64,000 bases of DNA from a bacterium (GTDB lineage: Bacteria; Auribacterota; UBA3054): contig JAFZXZ010000032.1 in the NCBI GenBank assembly GCA_017616555.1, forward strand, positions 115,862-179,861, written 5' to 3'. Below, piece after piece: positions 18,381 through 27,866 of this stretch. How positions within the stretch are numbered: position 1 is the first letter of the stretch; each line of letters begins with the position of its first letter. A program made the position numbers and the translations under genes. The notes beneath the pieces were generated by a model. That model was not told the origin of the DNA, did not search any database, and saw nothing but the letters and a program-made list of their open reading frames with translations.

Positions 18381-19076
18381 ATGGGTATCGGAGATTTTTT
18401 CTCTGGCATCAAAGGGAAAGTGACGGAATCCGTCATGGAAAAAGCTATTGAGAACATGCGCGACATGAAGGCCCCCGTAAAGGAGGGGACCGTCAATGAT
18501 TTCATAGAAGAGTGCCTCTTCGGCAAGAACGGCATCAAGAAGGCGAGCGTTGACCTGAGCAGGGACGGCGTGGAAGTGAAGGTTTCCTATTCCGACGGCA
18601 GGGAAAGCACGAAGCGCAAACTGGAGTTTGAGAAGATGATCTGGACTCCGCAGAAAAAAGCCTTCAATTTCATCTGCGGCGACGAGCCCCTTGATTGGGC
18701 GACCTACGCCTGCATCTGCGTGACGCTGGCGACGCTTTTGCGTCAGATCATGGGCTTCAACGAAAAGAAGAAACCCTACAAGGATGAATTCTCCCGCGAG
18801 ATTCCGCCCATAATAGAGGGCATTCTCCAAAAGGACGGCAAGGTCAACTTCGACCTCAGAAGAGTGCCGTTTTTGAGGCAGTATTATTACTTCAAGGTCA
18901 TGGGGCAGGCCCCTCTGGATTACTTGAACGTTATCGACTGCTGGCTGGAAGGCGGCAAATTCATCGTGCGCATTGACAACAACGCGGTCGTTGACAAATT
19001 GAAATCCATGGACCCCAAGCAGCTCCAGGAAGCCATGAAGGGCATGAAGGACATCGACATCGAGGACGAGAACTAA
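18381..19076 (+). CDS. hypothetical protein (first gene of the rib-nusB-pur-tsaC operon)
   Basis: It has a strong RBS and coding-like composition. No domain was recognised. The antisense 353-aa ORF was rejected. Confidence 0.5.
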   Translation: MGIGDFFSGIKGKVTESVMEKAIENMRDMKAPVKEGTVNDFIEECLFGKNGIKKASVDLSRDGVEVKVSYSDGRESTKRKLEFEKMIWTPQKKAFNFICGDEPLDWATYACICVTLATLLRQIMGFNEKKKPYKDEFSREIPPIIEGILQKDGKVNFDLRRVPFLRQYYYFKVMGQAPLDYLNVIDCWLEGGKFIVRIDNNAVVDKLKSMDPKQLQEAMKGMKDIDIEDEN

Positions 19077-19077
19077 G

Positions 19078-20280
19078 ATGCCAAGTGACGTTTTTGTAGA
19101 AGCGCCGGAAGCTATCGAGATAATCCGCAAAGGCGGGATCCTCATAGTGACCGACGATGAAGACCGCGAGAACGAAGGCGACTTCATCATGGCGGCCGAC
19201 TGCGTCACGCCCGAGGCTATCAATCTGATGGTCACAAGGGGACGCGGATTGGTCTGTCTGCCGGCTTCCAGGGAGAAACTGGAAAAAGTCGGCATTCCCA
19301 TGATGGTATCCCGCAACACGGCCCGTTTGGGCACAGCCTTCACGGTCTCCATCGACGCGCTAAAAAACGCCACGACCGGCATCTCCGCTTACGATAGAGC
19401 CGAGACCATAAGGCAGTTCTGCAGTGAAAACGCCAATTCCGAGCAGTTCGGCATCCCCGGTCACATCTTCCCTTTGAGAGCGGAGAACGGCGGCGTATTG
19501 AAGCGCAGCGGACACACTGAGACGGCGGTGGATCTTGCCAGGATGGCCGGGAAATCGCCCTGCGGCGTTCTGTGCGAGATCCTTAACAACGACGGCACCA
19601 TGGCGCGGCTTGACACGCTGAAAGTTTTGGCAGAAGAACTCGGTTTGAAGATCTTCACGGTCGCGAAGCTAATAGAGTACCGCAGGCAGACCGAGCGTCT
19701 GATCGAAGAGACCGCGGAGGCGGCCCTGCCGACCAAGTTCGGCAATTTCAGGATCCATCTTTTCGAATCGAAGATCGATTCCCAGCATCATCTGGCCCTG
19801 ACGATGGGCGAAATAAAAGGCGACGATCCCGTCCTGGTGAGAGTGCATTCCGAATGTTTGACCGGCGACGCTTTAAGGTCGAGCCGCTGCGACTGCGGCG
19901 AACAGCTTGAAGCGGCTATGCAGAAGATCGCCGAGGAGGGCCGCGGAGTTATCGTTTATCTGCGCCAGGAAGGTCGCGGCATCGGGCTGCCGGCGAAGAT
20001 CAAAGCCTACGCCCTGCAGGACAAGGGCGAGGACACCGTGGAAGCGAACATCACGCTCGGCTTCCCGCCGGATCTCAGGGACTACGGCTACGGCGCACAG
20101 ATGCTCGCCGACCTCGGCGTCAGGAAGATGAGGCTGATGACGAACAATCCGAAAAAACTGGCTGGGCTTTCGGGCCACGGTCTTGAGATCGTGGAAAGAG
20201 TTCCCCTGAAGACCAAGCCGAACAAATACAACCAACATTACCTGGAAACCAAATCCGAGAAGATGGGACATCTTCTCTAA
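19078..20280 (+). CDS. ribBA: bifunctional 3,4-dihydroxy-2-butanone-4-phosphate synthase / GTP cyclohydrolase II
   Basis: The RibB motif is DDEDRENEGDFIMAAD. The RibA Cys triad is CLTGDALRSSRCDCG. Confidence 0.9.
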   Translation: MPSDVFVEAPEAIEIIRKGGILIVTDDEDRENEGDFIMAADCVTPEAINLMVTRGRGLVCLPASREKLEKVGIPMMVSRNTARLGTAFTVSIDALKNATTGISAYDRAETIRQFCSENANSEQFGIPGHIFPLRAENGGVLKRSGHTETAVDLARMAGKSPCGVLCEILNNDGTMARLDTLKVLAEELGLKIFTVAKLIEYRRQTERLIEETAEAALPTKFGNFRIHLFESKIDSQHHLALTMGEIKGDDPVLVRVHSECLTGDALRSSRCDCGEQLEAAMQKIAEEGRGVIVYLRQEGRGIGLPAKIKAYALQDKGEDTVEANITLGFPPDLRDYGYGAQMLADLGVRKMRLMTNNPKKLAGLSGHGLEIVERVPLKTKPNKYNQHYLETKSEKMGHLL

Positions 20281-20290
20281 AGGAGGCCTT

Positions 20291-20758
20291 ATGTATAAAA
20301 AATTGGAAGGCATGCTGAACGCTGAAGGCAAAAGGCTAGGCGTCGTTGTCAGCCGTTTCAACGAGATCATCACCGGCAAGCTTTTGGAAGGCGCCCTTGA
20401 CTGCTGGCGCCGCCACGGCGGCAAGGAAGACGACGTCACGGTCGTCTTCGTGCCCGGCGCCTGGGAGATTCCGCCCACCGCCGCAAAGCTGGCGAAAAGC
20501 GGGAAAGTCGACGCGGTCGTCTGCTTGGGCGCCGTCATAAGGGGCGCCACGCCGCACTTTGAATTTGTGGCGGCCGAAAGCGCCAAGGGCATTGCTCAGG
20601 CTTCCATGCAGCAGACGGAAGTTCCGATGACCTTCGGCGTTCTTACCTGCGACACCATCGAGCAGGCTGTGGAAAGAGCCGGCTCCAAATCCGGCAACAA
20701 GGGTTGGGACGCCACGCTTTCAGCTATCGAGATGCTTGGGATCTACAAGCAGCTCTAA
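20291..20758 (+). CDS. ribH: 6,7-dimethyl-8-ribityllumazine synthase
   Basis: GVVVSRFNEIIT and GAWEIP match the RibH signature. Confidence 0.9.
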   Translation: MYKKLEGMLNAEGKRLGVVVSRFNEIITGKLLEGALDCWRRHGGKEDDVTVVFVPGAWEIPPTAAKLAKSGKVDAVVCLGAVIRGATPHFEFVAAESAKGIAQASMQQTEVPMTFGVLTCDTIEQAVERAGSKSGNKGWDATLSAIEMLGIYKQL

Positions 20759-20767
20759 GGAGAATAA

Positions 20768-21442
20768 ATGCTTCCCAGACGCAAGTCGCGCATCTTAGCT
20801 CTTTGTATGCTCTACGCCCTGGATATGCAGAGGACGGACGATCTCTCGGTCGCTCTTAGGATCGAGCGCATCTTCTCCCGCCCTTTCCCCCAGTCCGTTA
20901 CCGATTACGCCTCTTTTTTGGCCAGGGGCGTCGTGAAGAACGCTGAAAGGATCGACGAACTGATCTTCAGCCACACGCACAATTGGGACAAGGAAAGGCT
21001 GGCTATGGTTGACAGGCAGATCATGCGCATAGCCATCTGCGAATTCACAATAAAGCGCAGCGCTCCGGCCGTGGTCGCCATAAACGAAGCGGTAGCCATC
21101 GCCAAAGTTTTCGGAACCGAAGAGTCCGGCCGTTTCGTCAACGGGATCCTGGACGCCGTGAACGTTGAAGTTAACAAGCTCGTCAGGGAGGAGGGCGCCA
21201 AGGAAGATACGGAAGAACCGGTTCTGGAACCGCCCAAAAAGGAAACCAAAATGGTGAAGTCGGCTTATCTGGCGAAGTACGCGGAGCAGGCCTCCATCAT
21301 AGCCAAGGAAAAAGAGGCGAAAAGGGCGGCGATCGAAGCCGAAAGGGAAGCCGAAAGGGAAGAGCGGCGCAAAGCAAGGGAAGCGGAGCGCGAGGCCAGA
21401 AGAGCTTTGAGAGAAGCTGAAAAACTCGAGGAAGAATCTTGA
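20768..21442 (+). CDS. nusB: transcription antitermination factor NusB with ~70-aa charged C-terminal extension
   Basis: It has a NusB core (ALDMQ..., FVNGILDAV). A K/E/R-rich repetitive tail follows (EAEREAEREERRKAREAEREARRALREAEKLEEES). Confidence 0.8.
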   Translation: MLPRRKSRILALCMLYALDMQRTDDLSVALRIERIFSRPFPQSVTDYASFLARGVVKNAERIDELIFSHTHNWDKERLAMVDRQIMRIAICEFTIKRSAPAVVAINEAVAIAKVFGTEESGRFVNGILDAVNVEVNKLVREEGAKEDTEEPVLEPPKKETKMVKSAYLAKYAEQASIIAKEKEAKRAAIEAEREAEREERRKAREAEREARRALREAEKLEEES

Positions 21443-21443
21443 C

Positions 21444-21965
21444 ATGTACGACATCATTCTGACAGAAATGCAGCTGAAGCAGGTCGTTGAAAGACTGGCT
21501 TCCGAAATCGCCGCAGATCTCGGCGGGAAACCTCTGATCATAACCGGCGTTCTCAAAGGCTGCATCCATTTCACGAGCGATCTCTCAAGGGCGCTTTCAA
21601 ATCTCGGAGTGGAAGCCGAGATCGATTTTATCGACTGCGCCTCCTATTCCGGAACGGAAAGCACCGGCGACGTGAAACTGCTGCTGGGCCCTTCTTTGGA
21701 CTGCAAGGGAAAATACGTGCTTTTGGTCGATACAATCTTGGAGAGCGGCAGAACGCTGAAAAAAGCTTTTGAAGTTTACGGCGGTCTGGGAGCGGAAAAA
21801 ATAGAAGCCTGTGTGCTTCTCGACAAAAAGGCCAAGAGGAAAGTCGATCTGCAGGCCAAGTTCGTTGGAATGGATGCCGGCAACGATTTCATAATCGGCT
21901 ACGGGTTGGACTTTGATCAGCAGTATCGCAATCTGCCTTTCGTGGCAAAATTAATACAGGAGTAA
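21444..21965 (+). CDS. hpt: hypoxanthine(-guanine) phosphoribosyltransferase
   Basis: The PRPP-binding motif is VLLVDTILESGRTL. Length is 173 aa. Confidence 0.8.
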   Translation: MYDIILTEMQLKQVVERLASEIAADLGGKPLIITGVLKGCIHFTSDLSRALSNLGVEAEIDFIDCASYSGTESTGDVKLLLGPSLDCKGKYVLLVDTILESGRTLKKAFEVYGGLGAEKIEACVLLDKKAKRKVDLQAKFVGMDAGNDFIIGYGLDFDQQYRNLPFVAKLIQE

Positions 21966-21969
21966 ATTT

Positions 21970-22422
21970 ATGGAAACCAAAGTTGGCATAGTTTACGGAA
22001 GCGTTTCCGACGAAGCGGTCATGAAGAACACCAAGGAGATCTTGGAAAGCTACGGAATAGGCTGCGAAGTCTCCGTGATGTCGGCCCACCGCACTCCGGA
22101 CAAAGTTGCGGAGTATGCCTCCAAGGCTCACGAAAGGGGAATTAAGGTCCTTATCGCCGGAGCGGGCCTGGCGGCTCATCTGGCTGGCGCCGTGGCGGCT
22201 CGCACGATCCTGCCCGTTATAGGCGTTCCTTTGGAATGCGGAGGATTGGGCGGATTGGACGCTCTGCTGTCAACTGTTATGATGCCAAAAGGCGTTCCGG
22301 TGGCGACGGTGGCAATAGGAAGCCACGGCGCCAAGAACGCCGCTTACCTTGCGCTCCAGATCTTAGCGCTGCAGGACGAAGCTTTGGCCGCAAGGCTCTG
22401 GAAGGAAAAAAGAGGCGAATAA
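21970..22422 (+). CDS. purE: N5-carboxyaminoimidazole ribonucleotide mutase
   Basis: VGIVYGSVSD...VMSAHRTPD...IAGAGLAAHLAG match PurE. Confidence 0.9.
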   Translation: METKVGIVYGSVSDEAVMKNTKEILESYGIGCEVSVMSAHRTPDKVAEYASKAHERGIKVLIAGAGLAAHLAGAVAARTILPVIGVPLECGGLGGLDALLSTVMMPKGVPVATVAIGSHGAKNAAYLALQILALQDEALAARLWKEKRGE

Positions 22423-22424
22423 AA

Positions 22425-22970
22425 GTGCATATTTACGATCTCAGAAAGGATAGGGATGAAGCCATTAATGCCGCCGCAGACGCACTGAGAAGCGGGCGTT
22501 TGGCGATATTCCCGACCGAGACGGTCTATGGGCTTTTCTTCACGGAAAAGGCAAGGGCTTTGGCTTATGCTTTGAAGGGAAGAGAGCAGGGGAAGCCCTG
22601 CGCCTATCACGTCGGTTCCTTTGACGCGCTTTATTCCGTTGCGGGAAAGCAGAGCGCCAAGATCAGAAAAAAATTGGAAGAAAAACTGCCGGGCCCCTAC
22701 ACTTTTCTGCTGCCGAAGGGCAAGGAAAAGACAGGCGTCCGTTATCCTGATCACAAGGATGTCTGCGCGATGTTGGAAAAAGTTGGCGAACCGGTCTTCG
22801 GGACGAGCGCTAACAAAAGCGGAGAAGTTCCGCCGACGGACGTCGAAGGTACGAAAGCTTTGTGGGACGGAGCGTCCGTTGTTGTTGACGGCGGAAGAGT
22901 CAGGGGCGTGGCTTCGGAAGTCATCGATCTGACGGGAAGTGAACCTAGAACAATCAGAAAAGCGGAATAA
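22425..22970 (+). CDS. tsaC: L-threonylcarbamoyladenylate synthase (YrdC/Sua5 family)
   Basis: The GTG start at 22425 is immediately after the purE stop. FPTETVYGLFF and FGTSANKSGE match YrdC motifs. Confidence 0.7.
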   Translation: MHIYDLRKDRDEAINAAADALRSGRLAIFPTETVYGLFFTEKARALAYALKGREQGKPCAYHVGSFDALYSVAGKQSAKIRKKLEEKLPGPYTFLLPKGKEKTGVRYPDHKDVCAMLEKVGEPVFGTSANKSGEVPPTDVEGTKALWDGASVVVDGGRVRGVASEVIDLTGSEPRTIRKAE

Positions 22971-22972
22971 AT

Positions 22973-23263
22973 ATGGAAGAAAAGAAACCTGAAAAACAGT
23001 CCATGGAAGACGTCATGCACGAACTGCAGAGCAGGACGAAGTGCCCTTACGCCGAAGAGAAACTTTTTATCTATGCCCAGGCGATGGACCCCTACAACAG
23101 GCGCTACATAGTCTTGGAGTGCCCTGCCCGCCGCAACACCATAAGCGACAGCAAGAAGTGGAAAGTTTACCAGGAAGAGATAAATGAACTTTGCTGCAAC
23201 CCTTACTTCGCCTACAAATGCGAAAGCTACAAATTGGTGAAGGAGCTCGACAAAAAAGGTTAA
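22973..23263 (+). CDS. small Cys-rich hypothetical protein
   Basis: It is 96 aa with 6 Cys. No family was recognised. Confidence 0.4.
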   Translation: MEEKKPEKQSMEDVMHELQSRTKCPYAEEKLFIYAQAMDPYNRRYIVLECPARRNTISDSKKWKVYQEEINELCCNPYFAYKCESYKLVKELDKKG

Positions 23264-23267
23264 TCTT

Positions 23268-24917
23268 ATGAAACGCACACTATTTCTTACGGCGCTTCTT
23301 TTGAGCGCGTCCGTCTTCGCGGCCGAAGTGGCTAAGCCGGCCAAGGGCAACGCAGCCCCTCCTGCACCCCCGAACCCCAATCTGATGACCAGCGCGGACT
23401 TCACTCCGAACGTCAAGGTCGACAATCTTTGGGACGGCGTGAACAAAGACGGCGAGATCCAGCTTTTGCCCATAGAGATCTACCATTTCAAGGAAGACAG
23501 GAACGTTGGTCCCGGCAGACTCGGTAATCCGATCTGCTATGCCGACGCTGACAACGACGGCAGAATGGAGCTCGTGGCCGCTTCCGAAAGCGGTTTCGTC
23601 TGGATCTTCAAGAGAGAAGGCAAGACCTGGCCTCCCAAATTTTCTTCCGGGCGTTTTCTCCATGCTTTCTTAGGCTGCGCCGTAACTGGTGTTGACGTCC
23701 ACGACATGGACGGCGACGGCATCCAGGACATAGTTGTGGGCGCCGACAACGGCCGCATCTTCTTCCTGAAAGGCAAAGGCGAAGGTCTCTTCAACGTTGC
23801 GGAAAACGCGCAGATCCAGCTGAACGGCAACGGCGAGAACGGTGAACTGTACACCGGGCGCCAGTTATCTCCCAGGATCTACGACTGGAACGGCGACGGC
23901 AACTACGATCTTATCTATGGCGAGGGCTCCTATTCGGCCAACGCCATCTACATCCTTTTCAACAAGGGCAGCAGCTCCGCCCCCAACTTCCGCAACCAGA
24001 AGCCGCAGTGGCTCGCCTACGGCTACGGCAGGGAACAATTGGCCCCCACGATCGCGGACTTCAACGGCGACGGCAAGCCTGACATTCTGACGGGCGCCCT
24101 TGACGGCGGCCTTCATCTTTATATGAACGTCGGCTTCAAGGAAGATCAGACCGACGCCCAGTATCTTTTGGAATACAAGGGCGAAGCCAAATTCGCCGAC
24201 ACGCCGAAGAAATTCTTCGGAATCGGCACGCGCCCCTTCCTTGCCGACCTCACCGGAAACAAAAAGCCTGATCTTCTCATCAGTTCCGTTGACGGGAAAG
24301 TTTACGCCTCCCAGTTCGTGGGTCCGATGGAGCGCTGCGAATTCACAAAGCCCGTCATAGTGAAAGGCCAGGATAGGCTGAAACCCTATTTCGGCCCCAT
24401 GAAAAAGACCTGGTACGGGCATCATGAGGACGACTCATACACCTATTGGAACCCGGCGCGCTACGGCGGCAACACCGGCTGCAACGTCAAATTTATGAGC
24501 GAGACCGACGTTGAGACCGGAGCGAAGTACAGTTTCGCGAGGGCCTATTACGAGGACGGCTACACGGGAACGGACTCCTACCTCGCCAAGTATTACGACG
24601 ACACCATAAACAACATGGATTACGGCACGACCTACCGCCTTTCCTTCAAGGTCAGGGGCCGCGCGGTCAAGCCAATTCTGCACATAAGGCAGATCTATGA
24701 AAAGATCGTGAAAGGCGACACCGAATACGACGAGAGCTTCACGAAGGATTTCGACCTTTCCGCCGGCAACGAGTGGACCGACTGCTCTTTCCTTTACACT
24801 CCGGAATTCGTGAGCAACCGCCGCGAACATCCGGCCGTTTCCGTAAGCTTCAAGATGAACCCCGGCGCGACAAACGCTTTCTTAGATATCAGAGACATTA
24901 AATTCCAAAGGCAGTAA
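23268..24917 (+). CDS. secreted FG-GAP-repeat beta-propeller protein with C-terminal beta-sandwich domain (paralog 1)
   Basis: It has a signal peptide. Repeated DxDxDG FG-GAP-like motifs are present (DADNDGRMELV, DMDGDGIQDIVVG, YDWNGDGNYDLIYG, ADFNGDGKPDIL). Confidence 0.65.
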   Translation: MKRTLFLTALLLSASVFAAEVAKPAKGNAAPPAPPNPNLMTSADFTPNVKVDNLWDGVNKDGEIQLLPIEIYHFKEDRNVGPGRLGNPICYADADNDGRMELVAASESGFVWIFKREGKTWPPKFSSGRFLHAFLGCAVTGVDVHDMDGDGIQDIVVGADNGRIFFLKGKGEGLFNVAENAQIQLNGNGENGELYTGRQLSPRIYDWNGDGNYDLIYGEGSYSANAIYILFNKGSSSAPNFRNQKPQWLAYGYGREQLAPTIADFNGDGKPDILTGALDGGLHLYMNVGFKEDQTDAQYLLEYKGEAKFADTPKKFFGIGTRPFLADLTGNKKPDLLISSVDGKVYASQFVGPMERCEFTKPVIVKGQDRLKPYFGPMKKTWYGHHEDDSYTYWNPARYGGNTGCNVKFMSETDVETGAKYSFARAYYEDGYTGTDSYLAKYYDDTINNMDYGTTYRLSFKVRGRAVKPILHIRQIYEKIVKGDTEYDESFTKDFDLSAGNEWTDCSFLYTPEFVSNRREHPAVSVSFKMNPGATNAFLDIRDIKFQRQ

Positions 24918-24923
24918 AAGAAG

Positions 24924-26531
24924 ATGACAAATTTGGAAAAGAAACTATTGTTCGCATCCTTTTTGGTTCTTTCTCTTTCCGTTTCGTTTCTGTATGCAGA
25001 GGAGGAAGAGAAGGACAAACCGAAAGAGCACCTTTTGGACAAGAAATTCATCAGCAAGGACAAATACGAAACGCGCGAGAACCTTTGGGACGGCGTGACC
25101 AAGGAAGGCTTCCTTAAGGTCAAAGGCGGAGATCTCTATACCTTAAAGCACGGAGCTTACAGCGGCTGGTACAGAGTCGGTCCCTCCGTTTGTTTCGCCG
25201 ACGTTACGGAAGACGGCAAACCGGATCTGGTGGTCGGCGGCGAGGGCGGCTTCATCTGGTACTTTGACCAGACCAGCAAAAACGGCACCTTCCCTCCGCG
25301 CTTTTCATTCGGCAAGTTTTTGCACAATCAGTACTCGAAGTGGTCGCTTCTGCACGTTGACGTCCAGGATTTCGAGGACGACGGCAAGAACGATATCGTC
25401 TATACTTCGGAGAATGGCGAGATATATGTCATTAGGGCCTTGGGCAACGGATTCTTCAAAACTTCCGCCGCGACGCTTGTTTTCGGAAAAGAGCCTTACC
25501 GCGGGCGCGGCCTGACGCCTCGCTTTTACGACTGGGACAACGACGGCAATTTCGACATGTATTTCGGCGACGCCTCTTATTCCGCCAACGCTGTTTACTT
25601 TTTCAAGAACTGGGGGACGAAATCCAATCCGCGCTTCAAGCCCGAGGATGACAGGCAGTGGCTGGCTTACGGCTACGGCCGCGAGATGCTGGACCCCTGC
25701 CACGGAGATCTGAACGGCGACGGCAAGATGGACATTCTTGTCGCCGATTCCGATGGCAAGCTGCTCTTGTACTATTCCCCGGAACAGCCTGATCCCGAAA
25801 ACCCGAAACTTCTGAATTACGCCGGCGAACTGACTGTCAACGGCTCCACGACGCCAGTAGGCGAGGGAGCACGCTGTTACCTTTATGATATAGACAGGGA
25901 CGGCCTCCTCGACCTTCTGCTAAGCGATAAGGAGGGTTATTTTTACGTTGCCCGCAACATCGGCGTAAAGCAACGCCCGGCCTTCGGGCCAACCACCCAG
26001 CTGAAAGGCAAGGACACTTACAAGCCTTACAAAGCGCTGGCTGGTTGGAACGAAGAGCAGCTCTGGGACCGCAACGCCGCTCCGGTCGCCGATCTGAAGA
26101 GCGAGACGGTTATCGTTGACCGCATGTCCGGACAGACAGCCCTCATCGACTATGTTCACATTACTTACGCGGACGGCTATATCGGCGGCACCGGCGGCAT
26201 CCACAAATCTCACCTCAAGGTCTTTGACGGCAAGAATTATCGCATTAGCTTCAAGGCCAGAGGCCGCGGCGGCAAAGGCCGCATACGTTTTGAGCAGGAT
26301 TGGGAGGACGAGATAAGAGGGGACACCCTTGAGCCGACCAAGATCGACAGGAGCGAGGATTTTTCCATCAGCGAAGATTTTGCCGACTTGAGTTTCGTCT
26401 ATCACGCCGAGCACTCCAGCAAAACAATAAAAAGCGACACTATAGGACTGGCGCTGCACTTCTACCTGGACGGCCAGGCTACCAACTGTTTCCTCGACAT
26501 CTACGACGTGACCATGACCAGGGAAAACTGA
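24924..26531 (+). CDS. secreted FG-GAP-repeat beta-propeller protein (paralog 2)
   Basis: It has the same architecture and collinear motifs as the upstream gene (YDWDNDGNFDMYFG, GDLNGDGKMDILV). It has a signal peptide. Confidence 0.65.
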   Translation: MTNLEKKLLFASFLVLSLSVSFLYAEEEEKDKPKEHLLDKKFISKDKYETRENLWDGVTKEGFLKVKGGDLYTLKHGAYSGWYRVGPSVCFADVTEDGKPDLVVGGEGGFIWYFDQTSKNGTFPPRFSFGKFLHNQYSKWSLLHVDVQDFEDDGKNDIVYTSENGEIYVIRALGNGFFKTSAATLVFGKEPYRGRGLTPRFYDWDNDGNFDMYFGDASYSANAVYFFKNWGTKSNPRFKPEDDRQWLAYGYGREMLDPCHGDLNGDGKMDILVADSDGKLLLYYSPEQPDPENPKLLNYAGELTVNGSTTPVGEGARCYLYDIDRDGLLDLLLSDKEGYFYVARNIGVKQRPAFGPTTQLKGKDTYKPYKALAGWNEEQLWDRNAAPVADLKSETVIVDRMSGQTALIDYVHITYADGYIGGTGGIHKSHLKVFDGKNYRISFKARGRGGKGRIRFEQDWEDEIRGDTLEPTKIDRSEDFSISEDFADLSFVYHAEHSSKTIKSDTIGLALHFYLDGQATNCFLDIYDVTMTREN

Positions 26532-26560
26532 TAAATGCTCAGATCAGGAACACAAAAAAA

Positions 26561-26585
26561 GAGCCGCGTTTGCGGCTCTTTTTTT
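26561..26585. terminator. bidirectional rho-independent terminator
   Basis: The hairpin gagccgc-gtt-tgcggctc has a flanking A7 run and a T-run. It serves the FG-GAP operon on + and the tRNA on -. Confidence 0.7.
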
Positions 26586-26595
26586 ATTGCCTCGG

Positions 26596-26671
26596 TGGAG
26601 CGGGCGACCGGACTCGAACCGGCAACCAACAGCTTGGAAGGCTGTGACTCTGCCAATTGAGTTACACCCGC
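26596..26671 (-). tRNA. tRNA-Gly (anticodon UCC)
   Basis: The reverse complement folds as a cloverleaf. The acceptor stem is GCGGGTG/CGCCCGC. The anticodon loop is CTTCCAA. The T-arm is GCCGG-TTCGAGT-CCGGT. A 3' CCA is encoded. Confidence 0.8.
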
Positions 26672-26711
26672 GCAATACCGAAGGATGATATGCCGATATA
26701 CGGCGGTATCT

Positions 26712-27212
26712 TTAACGCTTCGAGAACTGGAAGCGGGCGCGGGCACCACGCTGACCGTATTTCTTGCGCTCTTTCTCGCGGGCGTCCCTGGTAAGGAGGC
26801 CGTTCGTTTTGACGAGGGCGCGGGTGGCGTCGTCTATCAGAGCCAAAGCTCTGGCGATGCCGTGACGGATGGCGCCGGCCTGGCCGGAAATGCCGCCGCC
26901 GCTGACGGTGGCGACAACGTCGAACTTGCCGATGATCTTGGCGGCTTCAAAAGCTTCCTGGACCAGTTGCCTCATAGTGTCGACGGGGAAGTAATCCTCG
27001 AAGGTGCGGCCGTTGACGGTGATGGTGCCGCTGCCGGGCTTCAGGACCACGCGGGCACTTGACCTTTTACGGCGGCCGGTGGCGGAATAGCTGGACGTGA
27101 AGACGCGGGTGTCAGGAACGGGAGCGGCCTGGACTTCAGGCGTTTTCTCGACTTCGGGAACCTCAACGGCTTCCGGGGTGACGGTGCTGTTTTCGCTCAT
27201 ATTTTCGCTCAT
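26712..27212 (-). CDS. rpsI: 30S ribosomal protein S9 with ~35-aa N-terminal extension
   Basis: ATGRRKRSSARVVLKPGSG and the C-terminal GQRGARARFQFSKR match S9. An acidic N-terminal extension precedes the conserved core. Confidence 0.85.
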   Translation of the reverse strand: MSENMSENSTVTPEAVEVPEVEKTPEVQAAPVPDTRVFTSSYSATGRRKRSSARVVLKPGSGTITVNGRTFEDYFPVDTMRQLVQEAFEAAKIIGKFDVVATVSGGGISGQAGAIRHGIARALALIDDATRALVKTNGLLTRDAREKERKKYGQRGARARFQFSKR

Positions 27213-27224
27213 ATTTCAGATGTG

Positions 27225-27671
27225 TTACAGGGTGATCTCAACTGGTTTCTGCGCGGTGTGCGGATGTTCCGGGCCGGCGTACACTTTGAGTTTGGCAAGG
27301 ATGGAGTATCCGAGCTTGTTCTTGGGGAGCATGCCCTTCACGGCGTGCAGAATGACACGTTCCGGATGGGAGGAGATGACATCCGCGAAATTACGGCGCT
27401 TGAAGCCGCCGGGATAACCGGAGTGGCTGGTGTAAGACTTATCGGTCGCTTTACGGCCGGTAACGCTCACTTTCTCGGCGTTGATGACGACGCAGTAGTC
27501 GCCGCCATCCACATTCGGTGTGAAGGTGGCTTTGTTTTTGCCGCGCAGAATGTCGGCCACTTTAGTGGCGAGTCGACCGAGGTTCTGGCCCTCGGCGTTG
27601 ATCAGATACCATTTCTGATCTACGTCGGAAGCTTTGAGAACGAAGGTCTTGTTGACGTCTTGCTGTTTCAT
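27225..27671 (-). CDS. rplM: 50S ribosomal protein L13
   Basis: The full-length L13 signature is present (KTFVLKASDVDQKWYLINAEGQNLGRLA). Confidence 0.9.
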   Translation of the reverse strand: MKQQDVNKTFVLKASDVDQKWYLINAEGQNLGRLATKVADILRGKNKATFTPNVDGGDYCVVINAEKVSVTGRKATDKSYTSHSGYPGGFKRRNFADVISSHPERVILHAVKGMLPKNKLGYSILAKLKVYAGPEHPHTAQKPVEITL

Positions 27672-27837
27672 AATTTCCTTAAGTTAAATAAAGAAAAGTA
27701 CTCTTTTTTCCGTACCAAAAAAGCGGAACAATCGTCATGCTCGGAAACGCTTATTCCCTTTTAAAGGTTTAGGCTTAAGATAATACCACTTTGCCTTTTC
27801 AAAGTCAACCCGCTCTTGACTTGGGAGATGGGGGACG

Positions 27838-27866
27838 GCCCTTGCGCCGAAAATAAGGTTATGCTA
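27838..27866 (+). promoter_or_regulatory. candidate sigma70-type promoter upstream of gap
   Basis: ttgcgc, a 17-nt spacer, then tagaat, about 70 nt upstream of the gap ATG. This is weak evidence. Confidence 0.2.

Noticed and set aside
18321-19382. 353-aa minus-strand ORF spanning the hypothetical gene and ribBA start
   Set aside because: ribBA is unambiguous. The + strand hypothetical has a strong aaggag RBS. The minus frame is shadow.
22236-22424. N-terminal 63 residues of the 244-aa ORF overlapping purE
   Set aside because: It is out of frame with purE. The YrdC homology begins at the GTG at 22425, so the upstream part is not translated as tsaC.
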